DNA of 56,583 nucleotides, filler included, from Sphacelaria rigidula (Eukaryota), in assembly GCA_964200075.2 (NCBI GenBank). It is 3 parts of 3 records of this genome, joined end to end, with 100 filler letters (N's around TTAATTAATTAA, not from the genome) between each part and the next. Parts side by side here need not be neighbours in the genome. Positions count along the whole stretch, not along the records: positions 18,896 to 37,689 come from CAXNAA020000791.1; 2 more parts are not named here. One strand, 5' to 3'. The translations under genes were made by a program, and so were the position numbers. This document shows positions 25,225 through 37,689 of this stretch, one piece after another. The notes under the pieces were generated by a model that had not been told where the DNA came from, made no database searches, and was given only the letters and a program-made list of their open reading frames with translations. Positions within the stretch are counted from its first letter, which is position 1; every line of letters starts with the position of its first letter.

Positions 25225-25870
25225 AGAGCTCGGAAATGGTTTGTCTAACCATCAACCAGTTGAGTGGTCACGCGTAGCGCAGTCATTAACCAGTTAAATG
25301 GTACATAATGGTTTGGTCATCGAGCGGCGCAGCCGCGAGCAAAAAAGCCCCCGCCCGTCAGAGGGGGGGCCGCCGGAGACGCCCCCGGAGAGCCCCGCTG
25401 GAAGCGCCGTGCCGAAGGCACGTTTGTGCGCGATTTGGTTTCGCTCGAGCATTAAATTTGGGCCAATTTCCAAGGACTATATGTAGCATACGTAGCCGGT
25501 AACGGCAAATTAGGGTTTAAAACCATTATCCGAAATCTTCATATCATCACCATTATACTGATAATGGTCAGTTATGACTGGTACCATTTCCGAGCTCTAT
25601 CGGAAGTGTTTTCTCTAACCATTTACTACTTAAATGGTACATAATGGTTTGGTCATTGAGCAGCGCAGTCGGAAGCGAAAAAGCCCCCCCCCCCAGGCAG
25701 AGAGGGCCCTGTCGGAGGCGCACGTTTTTCCGCGATCTGGCTTCACGAGAGCTAAAAAATCCGTTGAATTTGGGCCAATTTTCAAGGGCTGTATGTAGCA
25801 TACGTGGCCGGTAACGGTAAACAATGATTTGGAACCATCATCCAAAAATTTCACATAACCATTACCACAC
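25225..25870. repeat. Diverged tandem duplication, ~340-bp unit
   Basis: ttaaatggtacataatggtttggtcat at ~25294 and ~25630; tgtagcatacgt.gccggtaacgg in both copies. Confidence 0.8.
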
Positions 25871-26309
25871 ACGCGCTCAAGACACCGCTTGCAAGCAGTG
25901 CAGACAGTACACTGTCTATACTGTACACGAGTGACCATATACCATGTCACGAATTTCAATGTTTTTTTTCCATCGGAAGCTTGGAAATTCGCTTGGATCC
26001 AACTCGAGAAAAATGAGCGGGCTTCGCTCGAGTCGTTTCCACCACCCCATTTTTTCGACCGAAAAAAAAGTGTCACGACACGCCCTTGGCACACTATTCT
26101 TCGATCGAAAAAGCACGGTGGAGAAGGAGACGCTTCGAGTGATGCCATCACTTTACGAAGCCGAATAGAGTTGCCGAAGACAACGATACAGGCGAACACG
26201 CCTCCATATGCATCCTCAAATTGCACCCGGCAGGATACGGAATCTGGAGACTGACGAATATGTACATATATGCGACGAGCAGCTCATAGCAAGTGGGCCG
26301 GCCATGGTA

Positions 26310-26892
26310 CGAGCTGGGCCAGTAGTAAATCCCGCATTCGCTCTCCACACCATAACTTCTCAACTTTCCCAAATCAGCGCGACTTGAGCGTATTGCTGTG
26401 AACTGCAGACCAACCTGGTAACACGCGGCACCGCCGCTGAGTATCTCTTTATATATATATACTGTATAATATATGACCTTACGACGGAATGGGAACAAGG
26501 GGGACATGTCGGGATTCGAATCCATGGCCTCCATAACTGGAGTCTCCTGTATCACTTGGATTAAGTGGGCGCGGCCGTGTCACCCGAAAAGTGCGATGCG
26601 GCGCCCAATTAGAGTTTTTTTTTGCCGAAACTACACCAGGATCTCCTGGACGCGAGTGCTCACGACATCGTTCGGGGTGCAGCCGTATTCTTCATTTTTC
26701 ACAGAGTTATAATATTCTCCCTGTTTTTGCGGAAACTAAAACTCGCCGTAAGTTTCCCCCCCCCCTTGAAACCCGCAATTATGTTGAGCGGGTCGATGAT
26801 GAAAATATCGTGTCAAAATCTCAGTGCCCAAAATTCGAGTCACCAATCGCATCAGGATTCATTCGAAAATCAGTGTCAGCTGGCCCGGCTCG
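26310..26892. mobile_element. 583-bp CGAGCTG-family MITE with TA TSD (inverted homolog of 9950-10541)
   Basis: TA|cgagctgggccag...ctggcccggctcg|TA; carries the same tRNA-like module on the minus strand (~26505-26575). Confidence 0.85.
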
Positions 26893-27202
26893 TAATGAAG
26901 AAGCCTCTGCAAAATATGGATACTTCGACGATTCAGCGCTGATTTTCGCCCCAAACTTGGCGGATCATGCCATCTCGGAAAAAACTACTGTATTGTTCGA
27001 GAGATTCTAACGCACTTTTCCGGTTCACCATATGCCTTGCTTGACTTTTCGCACAACAGGCGATTCATCATATTGTCCAGCTCCCAACACCCTCCAAGTT
27101 CTTCCGGAAAATCAAGGCATCTTATAAAAAAAAGTCGATCGAGAAGGCGCGGCGGAAAAGAAAACAATCGATCTGATGGATCGACTTCATTCATGTCCTC
27201 AA

Positions 27203-27386
27203 CCCTTAGACGGCGAGAGTATTCACTTGAAAAAAGCATGCGTGATCCAGATGGACTGCCCGCACCACGGTCGAAGGGTAAGGGTTTACCCTTAGACTGC
27301 GAGGGTAGTCCACCTGGATCATGCATACTTTTTTCAAGTGACGCCAATGTCGATTCAAAAGATCACCTACTCTCGACGTCTAAGGG
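27203..27386. mobile_element. piggyBac-like palindromic MITE
   Basis: tcaa|cccttagacggcgagagta...tactctcgacgtctaaggg|ttaa; its right half also occurs at ~22285-22350. Confidence 0.7.
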
Positions 27387-27454
27387 TTAACTAGCCTCAA
27401 ACCTCAATAATATTATTCGCGCGCGGCCAGAACGAATAATAAGCCAAAGCTTTG

Positions 27455-27940
27455 AACATTCTTTATGCGGACAAATTTGTTCTTGTACAAATCTCAGGAT
27501 TTCGGCCCGTCAACTGGCGATTTCCTCCGGGGGATTGATTTTTCGGGCTCCAGTCTGTTGGGCAATGATTCTCGGCTAGCTATGAGTAAACCAGAACTTT
27601 TCTCCGGTTCTCTGGACGTTGACTTTTGCTGTGTGACCTGTCTGCTTAAATCGAGACATACACGAATATGCATATGCGTGCGCGAGGGACAGATTTGAGC
27701 TTTGAGGCGCAGACCCGGCCCTCACACGCATATTCGTGAGTGTCTCGATTTGAGCAGGAAGTGACACAAAAAGTTGACGTCCAGAGAACCGGAGAAAATA
27801 TCTGGTTTTCTCAAAGCTAGCCGAAAAACATTGCCTAGCGGGCTAGGGTCCGAAAAATCAATCCAACGAAGTAAACAGCCAGCAAACAGGCTGAAATCTT
27901 CGGATTTGAACAAATACAGGTTGGTCCCCATAAAAAATGG
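27455..27940. mobile_element. Foldback element (~240-bp arms)
   Basis: ttttctccggttctctggacgt vs acgtccagagaaccggagaaaa; mirror peptides in ORFs 27465+ and 27722-. Confidence 0.8.
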
Positions 27941-28259
27941 TGTCAGTCTCCTAGATCGTAAACATGCGACGGAAAGGCATGAAGGGCACTCGACTCCCAT
28001 CTTGCAGACCACAACGCTAGATACCACCCGTTCACAGAACCATGCAAAACAAATATGAACTATGCTTAGATACCACCGTAACCCTGCATGCAGCAGAGAG
28101 CACGAGTTGACGTGGGGATGAAGATCCTGCATTAATTGGGAGCCGGCACTATCACCCTCATGGCATGGTGTGTTTCTTTTCTGTTGGCGAAAACTGCAGC
28201 ATGTTCGGTGAGGGGGTCGGCGACGGAATTGCCTAGTGAGGTGGGCATACGACTGCGTA

Positions 28260-29358
28260 CGAGCTGGGCCAGGCGAAAAGCGAATTTTGTAGTTTACAAG
28301 CTCATCAAACGGCCGATATTTAGAGTTGGACCCTGAAATTTGGTATCGACAATACATGAAGCATAATAAAAACAAACGCATTTTTTTTTTCCCCATGAGT
28401 TAATGGCATTGTACTGATACCTGAAAACTGGTTATTGCCCTTAACTAATAAAAAATATATATATGAGCACTGGTCGTTGTTTTTATTATGCCTTGTCCAT
28501 TGTCCATACCAAGTTTTCGGGTTCAACTCCGTATATTGGCCGCTTCATGGGCCGTTAGATATTCGAAACAGTATTTCGCAGGCCACTTACCGGCCCAGGT
28601 TTGGTTTGTGTATCGAAATTTTTTGTGGGCCCTCGCTAGGGCATACTTGACAAAACAATGTTCTTCTCTGGTTTAGGGCGTTTTAGTGTGGGAACGACCA
28701 CTTTTTCACGAGAGCGTCCGAAGTTCCAACAAAATGCGGGCCCATTTTTTTATTCAGGATACCTCTGTATTTCTTCATGCTGAGTTTCAAATCACAATTG
28801 TAAAGATTGAGCTGAATAATTGAGATAAAGCCCAAGAGCAGTGTTCATTTCCCCCCCACAAATGAAATAATGAAAAAATCTCTTTCTCTCAGCTTCATTA
28901 TACACCATAGATTCTCCATACAAAATTTCATAGCACAACTCTCAAAAACTGAGAGGAAATATCCAGAATTAGTTCATCTAGCGCCTCGGCTCGTAATATA
29001 TTGATTTTAGTATCAAAACTTATGTGCGCTATATCTCGAGATAGATAACGAATTAGGTGAAGGTGAGGGTATCTATCGTTTTCCAGGAAAGTTCACGTCA
29101 GTAATCGTCTTCACCCACTGAATGTATTGATCGGGGTTTCATATAGATTTCTAGTATGGACGCTATCTTTGTACGGCATAGGAATTACTAGACATGGGGT
29201 TTAATCAACGAGAAAAAAGTTGCACACACTTTTGAGCAGATGGGCACCTTCCGCTCGATTAGGCGATTGCTACGATATGAGGATCATAGCCCAACTCGTC
29301 TATATCGATGATATATTGCTTTAAAAGCTTAAATCCGTTTCTAGGCTGGCCCAGCTCG
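28260..29358. mobile_element. 1099-bp CGAGCTG-family TIR element with TA TSD
   Basis: TA|cgagctgggccag...ctggcccagctcg|TA, perfect 13-bp TIR; no transposase ORF. Confidence 0.88.
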
Positions 29359-29930
29359 TACACGCTTATGTGGAGCGCGGGCAGTAGGGAAGACCCGGAA
29401 GTAGGGATTTGGACGGCATACTAAGCCATGACGAAATGTGCACGTTACCCGCTTTTCCACATTTTTCTGTATTAAATACACACACAGACACACTGAATGC
29501 ATGAATCATGTACCGATTCACAAACTTTACCGTCTTTTTAAGGTCTATGAAGTCGAAAGCTTGCAAGGGTCGGACAAATAATGATTCGTCTGGAAATTAC
29601 TTGGTTTTAGTATCATGAGTCGACTCGTGACGAATCAATCCCTAGGCTTTATTTCAGCGTTGCAAACCAGGTACACGCAGCCCAGACACGTGGTACACGT
29701 GGAATGGCGCAAATGTTGCGTGGATACCCGTTGGACCAGCGATCAACTTTTTTCTCCCTTTTGGGCAATCAGGCCGAAGAAATCGTGAATTTGGTGCTTT
29801 TGAGTCGTGATGATTTGCCCTAATCGTGAAAGCTTGCAGTTCGCTTGGACCCAGGACCCATCAATTCCACCGCACTTTTTCGTTCAATAATTTCTTTGGT
29901 ACGACGCGGCCTCACAGGAACTCCCAGAAA

Positions 29931-30045
29931 TAGGCTTCTACTTATTATGCTAGCACGGTTGTACAAAAGAGCGACCCATCATTATTTTCATGATGAACGA
30001 AATCTTCAGGAACCGTGCTAGCAAAGGAAGTATAATAGAAGCCTA
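29931..30045. mobile_element. 115-bp hAT-type MITE
   Basis: TIR taggcttcta/tagaagccta with a perfect 8-bp TSD cccagaaa (29923-29930, 30046-30053). Confidence 0.88.
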
Positions 30046-30506
30046 CCCAGAAACACGACAGGGTTAGGGTTAGTATTAGGTACGCTTCATCACTTTCCTG
30101 GCCGAAAGACCGGGAATTTGCGCTGGAATTTTCTCAGAGTGTAGTAGTTCTTGGAAGTGACACAATCTGTTAACCTCTGTATTGGGATAAAAATTGGCGC
30201 TGAATCGCCAAAACATGAGCATTTTCATCGACGAGGTTATCTCAATGCACTGAGGGGCAACCTCACAATCCGCTCCTTCTTGCCGTGAATGAAATCTCTT
30301 CTGAAAGTCCCTTGGCATTCTTCATTTTCCCATCGATTTTGCTTCAACAACGAGTTTTGGTGAATTATTATGTCACCCCGGAAAGACTTCTTGTGAGTTT
30401 TCACTTGAGAGGAGGGATTATGGTGCCATTTCATGGCCTTTTGTACGCCCTGTTTCGACTTTCGGTCGGAATGCGATTTTTCATTCACACGAAAATAAAT
30501 CGACGT

Positions 30507-30707
30507 CACGGTCGACGAGGGAAAGGGGCTGCTGAATCCTACTATCGATAAAAAATAAGGCAGGCACCCTGGGAGGAGGGACTACTACGAGAAAAAGAAA
30601 AAAAATCCGGTGTTGGCCTTCCTCCTGTGTGACCCTGGCTAATGCGCCCACATACACCGAAAGGTGTAGACTGGCGTCCAGAATAGATGGCATGACAACA
30701 CACACCA
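30507..30707. repeat. Dispersed ~200-bp repeat family B (other copies ~35552-35763, ~52184-52380, ~55730-55968)
   Basis: Shared cggtcgac.aggga, cctcctgtgtgaccc.ggct and gtccagaatagatgg motifs, all four copies in the same orientation. Confidence 0.85.
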
Positions 30708-33700
30708 AACACTCAAAAAAAAACGGAGAAACTACTCGTAAAAAGTTTTCGAATTTGAAGGCGACTTTTCGGCAGCTCTCTTTCAGGAGAATTTTTTTTG
30801 GCGGACTGACAAAATAGTTAGTCTGGCGATATATTTTCATCTGTAGAGACAACAAGTAATGACCGGCGTTATTTTGTCAGTAAAGCTTAGATGAGAACAG
30901 TCAATCCGTTCAGTGGAATACGAAAAAGGGAAGCGCGCACGATAAAAGATTACCCAAAAACAGTCCTTCGATACTCTCAACCTTTACACAATGGTTGCGC
31001 CCCTTGCCAAGACAATAATACAGTGCACAGACAGCACAGCGTCATCGTTCATCTTTGGGGGGAGGGGGGGAGTACTCGAATAAAAAGTCAGCCACTCTTC
31101 GGCGGTTGCGGGCACAGTAGATCAAAATATTCACCCGCCAACTGCCATGATGGGCCATGTGCTGAACAGCGATCAATTTTCCTCCCCTTGAATCAGGAAT
31201 CCGATACCTAGGATGGACCCACACTAGTGGTCAAATGATTGACGCTTTTCTCTAGACGTGGGAGATGTGGGTTGATATGATGAGGTGGAAGTGCCTTGAC
31301 TCGAACGTGGAGCCACAGAGTGAGGTAAGAAAGAGAACCAAGTGAAGCTGGAGGCAAGTATGTGAAAGCTGTGAACGAATGCTACTGGGACATGTGTGTC
31401 TGCATATGATGAAACACAACTACGACGTGGGACTCTACGAGAGATGAAGATCGATTTTCGATTACAATACAGACAGTAATGTAGTGTGCATGCCATGAGA
31501 AAAAGAATGACGTCAAAACAATGCCACACATACGTGTACAAAGTGTTGGTCTCGAAGAGACGACGGGATGGAGAGCGATGAAGTGCGGTTATGGCAGCGC
31601 ATGTCGGCGGAACATGATATATGTGTGTGCGCAGCATGGCAACAGACAACTGACTCACTCATCATCAATCAGAATTGCGCATCATATCATCCCAAGGGTG
31701 TCTGTATATATACCCCCAACACGAGCGAGGTCGGAAATGGAATGGAGATGAGACGCAAGGGCAGCCACAGTCGCTTTTCAGTAGTTGTTCTGTAGCTACA
31801 GTCACCCTGTACTGCACTCAAACATACTGTCGATCGATTCTGCGTGGAATGTGCAGTCGAGAGACAGAGACGCCATGACCACGATGCGTAAATGTTTATG
31901 TTGGGTTGGGTAGCGCAGAGGAGCTTGCGGCTGTCAAACAAGCAGCGCCATACATGACGCATTTTTTTGCAGCCACCCAGACAAACACCGTCCACATAAC
32001 GATGTGAGAGCGAGAGAGGACGGTGGACCTTTTGTCGACCTTTGTCCGCCTTGAGTGTTTTCAAAAGATGTCCGTTCAAGCAAGTGAGGGTGATAACTCT
32101 CGCATACGCAAACACCGGAACAAACTGCCCCGCAGCGGATTGTTGCGAGTTTTCATGTTCTTGGTGCGCATGGCAAAGGTATAACATTATCGCTTCCTTA
32201 AAGCCACGGTGGCATTGATGTTGTCGTATCTCTCGGCTGGTTTACTACAGCCTGTGCCGTGCTGTACCCGAGGGATGAAGCTGGCATGTCATATTTGATA
32301 TTGGTGCGTGTACGGTACAGACATGTGAGTAATACAGACGACAGACAGAGCAGCCGGTGTTTTCTACGTGAAATATAATGAACGCCCTGCACAGAAACCC
32401 ACTGGACCAAGGACGGGGGACGATTGTGTTGACGGGAAAGCGAGGCCTGCTTTGCTTTGAGCCAAGTGTTCGGTAAAAAATATGGGATACTGATCAACCT
32501 GGTACCTGGGCCGCCTGGTTCCATTTACCCTATATCCTAGAACTATTTTCTGGGCAAATTTCAGTTGTGTAGGGACACCTAACTTGACGGTGACACAAAC
32601 CAAGAAAATAAAAAGCGTTCCTTTGAGACGCCTTGGCATGCTGATTTGGGACTATTCCAGCTTGGTCCTATAGCCACAGTCAAGGATCTTGCATTGCAAT
32701 GCGCAGGCTCAAGAGTTGTTCTACAGCATTCCCCTCAACAGCTAATGTGGTAGACACAAACATTCAAGCACATGACATGAATGATTTGGGTAGAGGTGGG
32801 TGAGCGAAGACTTCGGATTTCCGACCCAAACGTCAAGTCCAGAGGGCTGCTTGACTACCATACACCTTTACACTTGAAATGTGCAGAAAGAAATCAAATA
32901 TAGGAGGAAAGAAGCAGCACCATGTACAAAAATTTCGACGCGCAGTTGAGAGCGGTGTATATCGAAGCTAACGAACACTCTTTTGAACAAAAGGCAGTCG
33001 TCTGTACCGCGTTGTAGTCCAATACGACGCCGGCGGAAAAGTTTGCAAGCGTTGCACGGGTAGCAAACGCGAGCGATGTACTCGTACACGGTTGGTGTTA
33101 AATACAGTAACCCCCCCTCTTTTGGAGCTTTGAAAGGGGCATATTATGGCTCGAACGATCCGCCCCGCGGCCTCCTGACGAATGTACGGATAATACAGTC
33201 ACCATCTGCAGTATACACTCCCTAATCAAGTTGCGAGAGCACAGGCGGTACAGACAGGACACTACAGTACATGGACTGTCTATCCAAAGGAGTATGAACG
33301 ACCGGCGCGCGGCTATTATTCAAGAAGCACCACGATGTCCTTCGGGGGAATCGGGGTGTGCCTAGCTGTCCGGCTCTAGGAACGAAAGGACTGAATTTCA
33401 ACATGTTCACCCTGAAAATGCGGTGGATATATATTTTGGTCGTGGCGGTGTGTTTTTTGTTTGCACGGAAGAGGTGAGGGCAGCTTCGAGAGAAGTTTTG
33501 TGACTCTGGTCAAAAACGTAATTGTTCGTAATTTGGGGAGGTGTAAAAATGCACCGCAGCATCATGAGGTGTGTGGGGTGTGTGACAGACGGTTTGCTTT
33601 CCTTTTGGGCCAGTAGCATGATGAGAATAAGCGGTTGCGCTTCCGGAATAGTTTTTGCCTGCTATCGGGTCAGAGAGATGAGCGAGTGAACACAGGATGC

Positions 33701-34236
33701 TCTTTCAATGATAGCAGAGGGATAGTCGTATGTATCCAGGTTGTACAGTCCTTCCGTTCATTTACAAGGGGATCAAGAGATGAAAAAGTGCCCTAAATGA
33801 AACATCCGATAATGTGTGCATTGGAGTGGCCCCGTTTACCAAAACTACTCCGACAACACACACGCGCACACACACACCCTTTCTTTGGAGCGAGGGGAAG
33901 AAGGGTTCACTTGATTTTTGAGTCCATGACGTATTTATTGTACTTCTAACAAAAATATGAAAAGACACCATGAAACACAATGGTCTGCCGTGCCTGCTGT
34001 CTGGTGGTCCAACGGCTGGCGATCCATCGCGTCGAAAGTGGAGTCCACATTTTCCTACATGCTACGTGAAACAGTTTGACCTCTGAACAGCCGCACGTTC
34101 AAGTTTTCCCCCTCGTCCCGATGACATAAAACAAAAACACACCTCGGAATTTCCACGGAACATAAACCTGAACAACGCAACGGCAAACAGTACAAAATAC
34201 GAAAGAGAGACACAACAAACTCAAGCAGGCATGTAC

Positions 34237-34476
34237 CTGTGAGGCTGATACGAGGTTGTTATTGTCTCCAGACCAGTGCATTGCGTACACTTTGCCAAAG
34301 TGCCCCTTCAGCACCCTCCGGGCTTTCAGACCAGGGCCCAAATTTTTCAGGTCCTTCTTCGCCGCGGCATCGTTGATCGAGCAGTCCTTTTTTTCGTTTT
34401 GCGCTTTAGCGATCTCTGACTTAAGCGCCTCCGCCTTCTTCCGCGCTGCCGCTAGTCGCTCTGTCATATCCGCCAT
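34237..34476 (-). CDS. GPB1: Heterotrimeric G-protein beta subunit, coding exon 1 (80 codons)
   Basis: N-terminal coiled coil, then RRVLKGHFGKVYAMHWSGDNNNLVSASQ (G-beta WD1 signature); GT donor at 34236-34235; later exons not found. Confidence 0.92.
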
Positions 34477-36161
34477 CCTTCCAAGCTGCCGTAATAGCTG
34501 CTTTTATGTCCAATTCCTACTGCTATGCTGCAGCCCCGAAAGAAAACGCGAGAGCGCAGAACGAGTAAGCAAGCCTTCCCGTCGCTCTTTTCCTTGGGCG
34601 CTACTGTACAGTGGAGTACAGTACAATCAGTACAGTAGCCAGCACCCAACCGTAATGGGTTACCGAGCTATCCCTTGAAGCAGTGCGAATCGAGGCGGCC
34701 GATAGGCGCTACTTTTCCCTGTCTCGCAGACCAGAAGTACCCACAGTTTCGGTCGTAGGGCTTTCAAAGGCCTAGCAATAACCGCACTTGCCTCCAAGAA
34801 CGCGATTGTTACCCTCCCCGATGCTCTTCTCCGAGAGATTCCGGCGCGTTTTTTTCTGTGCCAGTCTAAAAGTACACGAGACTCAATACCCGAGAATCTA
34901 CGGGGTATGTTTGTAAGTTCACAAGCACTGCAACCACCGGAATGGGGAACAGTACAGTACAGTAGAGTACAATAGGCCGATCACAGTATATTGCAATCAG
35001 TCTTTTGCTTGTTGCAATCACAACGACGTCCGTCTCCTTGTGCTTGGTTGCAACAACCGCCGGGTACTACGCCGACCATCGAGGGGGTATGTACCGCGTC
35101 AACTTTTGTTATTGTTCAAATATTTCTCCCGTTTAGTGTAGGACTATTGTGGGCAGCCAATAAATGAAAAGAGGGAGTGTTCCGAATGGATTAGTGTCGC
35201 GTTCGTTACCACCCCCTTCCAAAACTACGGATGGTGGAGTCAGCAGACTCTACCAAGCACATTGGTATAGTCATATTATCACACTGGGATATAGCTACAG
35301 AAGCTATTCATGGGAATCTTCTTCGATAACTCTGAGTCGATTCTACTGATTACAGTGCACAAACTGACGATGGATATTTCCCAAGATAAGCGGATACATA
35401 TACAATTAGTGTAAGTACAGTATCGACATTGTACTCTTGCCAAAAGTTATGACATTCAGACTGTTCACACGATCTGGGTTTTTTTCGCGCACAGCGGTGC
35501 CTAACAGTAAGTGGAGAGCGACTATGTCGCGGGTACACAAGAAATCGCCTTCACGGTCAACAAGGAAAGGGGACTGTTCAACCTCTCTCGCAATAAAACA
35601 ATAAGGCAAGCACCACAAAGAAAGGGAGGCTGCTAAAAAAAATAAAAGAGAAGAAACTCCTGTGTTGACCTTCTTCCTGGGTGACCGCGGCTGATGCGCC
35701 CATGTGTACCAAAACTGGAAAAGTTGTACTCGTAGACTGTCCAGAATAGATGGGATGACGACAAAAAACAACATACAGGAAGTATACAGAGTGTAATTTG
35801 GTCAGTAAATTTCGTAGAGGACCCAGGACATTTTACTGCCGTTTGGGGTTTACGCCGTCTGGACGACGTGTGTGATGCGCCTTACGGCCCATCTTCATGG
35901 GAAGCTGCGACCGATCACCATGCTGCTTTTGGACTTTTTGGTTCACTCTTCGCAGTTTCTATTTTTTGGTCCTGTCACCATGAGTCATTCTTGACTATTG
36001 GGATCGCTGACCGCGGGTCCGCATTTTCTAAGGGGAAAGATGCCCGTAACAGGGCTAGTCCGCGGAATTCAACTCGTGTGTGGACTATCGTGAGTACGGC
36101 AAATTGTTGGCCAACAGCAAGGACGGGGGTAGGAGGGGCAGGATCGGTTGAGTCAGGATCA

Positions 36162-36237
36162 ATGATAAAGTCGTGTCGACAGTGGTGCCGCAGCCTTCGT
36201 CCTGACCGCAGCAGCAGTAGTAGTAATAGCAGTAGTG

Positions 36238-36268
<31 letters not shown>

Positions 36269-36785
36269 CAGGTCGAATCTTCGCAAGGGCATCTGTTCTT
36301 GTCAGACAGGGGTGCAGCGAACTGCAGAAAGCACTCACAATAGACACGATAACAAGCTGTGGTTGTTGCGTCAACCACAATACAACACTGTCACGAAGAC
36401 AACGACAACAAGGCCCCACTTCTTCAACAGGACAATAACGTTTGTAATACGTACAAGCACCCGTCCTCTGGCGTTATTACATTGTCTCCTTGTCGTGGCG
36501 ACAGTAGCAACCCTTCTGATGCCCCCAAGGGCATTTGGTGACACGATAACGGTTGCTGCCCTGCCGACCAACATTACTCACGGATCGGAAACAAAACCAC
36601 AAATGGTGATGGCGCAGCTGCCATTTCTGCAAAAGCCGGTAGCAGATGCAGAGAAGACAATGCAGCAACAGCAACAACAAGGGGCCATGAATCATCGTAA
36701 TTGGTTACGAGTTTTGTCGGCGAAAGCAGCGCATCCAGCGATGTATGTCCCGGGAGATGGGTTGGTCTACTGTCCTATCGCGAAG
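36162..36785 (+). CDS. Probable carbohydrate sulfotransferase (Sulfotransfer_2/CHST-like), first coding exon
   Basis: Poly-Ser, hydrophobic anchor LALLHCLLVVATVATLL and stem; ends LVYCPIAK|GTGAG, resembling the start of the PAPS 5'-PSB motif (YC.VPKV); start codon uncertain. Confidence 0.65.
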
Positions 36786-37612
36786 GTGAGTTACTGTATC
36801 TCCATCTCTCGTTACTTTCTTTAGATGGAGAAACTGTTCCGTGTGAGCATACATGCGCTATCAGAGAGCGATTCTCTACGACAATTGTGTTCACTTTTAA
36901 CGGGTAATTGTGACGATCCCACCTGTTCATACTGCTGTACAGACTTGGCAGTATGCCGAGTTTCGTAGGTGATGCATGGTGGTTTGGTTTTTCGTTTCGG
37001 ATAAGTACGACAAAGACTATGTGGTCGGCCTCGAAGCGGCGGGGCTTGGGCGGGGGGTGGTATCTCACGTCTCCAATGGCGTGTCGGAGCAAAAATGAAA
37101 ACGTGACCACTGCAAGAAATTCGGCACAATTCCTATACATGGGGATAGATTTTTGTAATGAAGTGAAATGTGGAAATCAACCAATCAGAGGCCCTTCAGT
37201 GAGGAATCGGCAGAATCTAGCTAGGCTTTAGTTCGGTATGCGCCTTCTTATTTTTGCCGCGTTTTAAGCTTCCTTAGCGCAAATTAGGCGCGCTCTACGC
37301 GCCTTATTCCCGTCCTTGTTGTGACGTTGTGGCAGTATCCCCTCACGAGGCGTGCCTTCTAGCATAGGGACAAGACGACAAATTGAGCATTCGAAGTTTT
37401 GTTGATTATTTATTACTCGAAAATGAAGTTTTTCTTCAGTTATTGAGTTTGGAGACCACAACCTGCACACCTACACCCTAACCCACGTGCAGGAACGACA
37501 AACGCCACTACACTTAGGGTACTCGATACAGCAGTACGGCAGTGTAGCCTCTAGACACAGGGCATTGCAACTTTTGGCCTCTCGCCCGGCAAGCTACAAG
37601 CTTCAAGCTACT

Positions 37613-37655
<43 letters not shown>

Positions 37656-37689
37656 ACCCTCACACCTATTCTCTCCCACCGCCTATTCA

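Noticed and set aside
18896..29630. ~70-bp inverted match (18896-18961 vs 29564-29630) as TIRs of a single 10.7-kb element
   Set aside because: Similarity stops sharply on the inner side at cccttg/caaggg, so these look like outward-extending ends of two separate copies; the left copy is cut by the linker.
35868..36161. 5' extension of the 318-aa ORF from a GTG start
   Set aside because: Non-ATG start in a eukaryote and no recognisable protein features; more likely 5' UTR.
37614..37654. Long poly-C run (poly-Pro ORF)
   Set aside because: Simple homopolymer near the segment edge; no evidence that it is coding.
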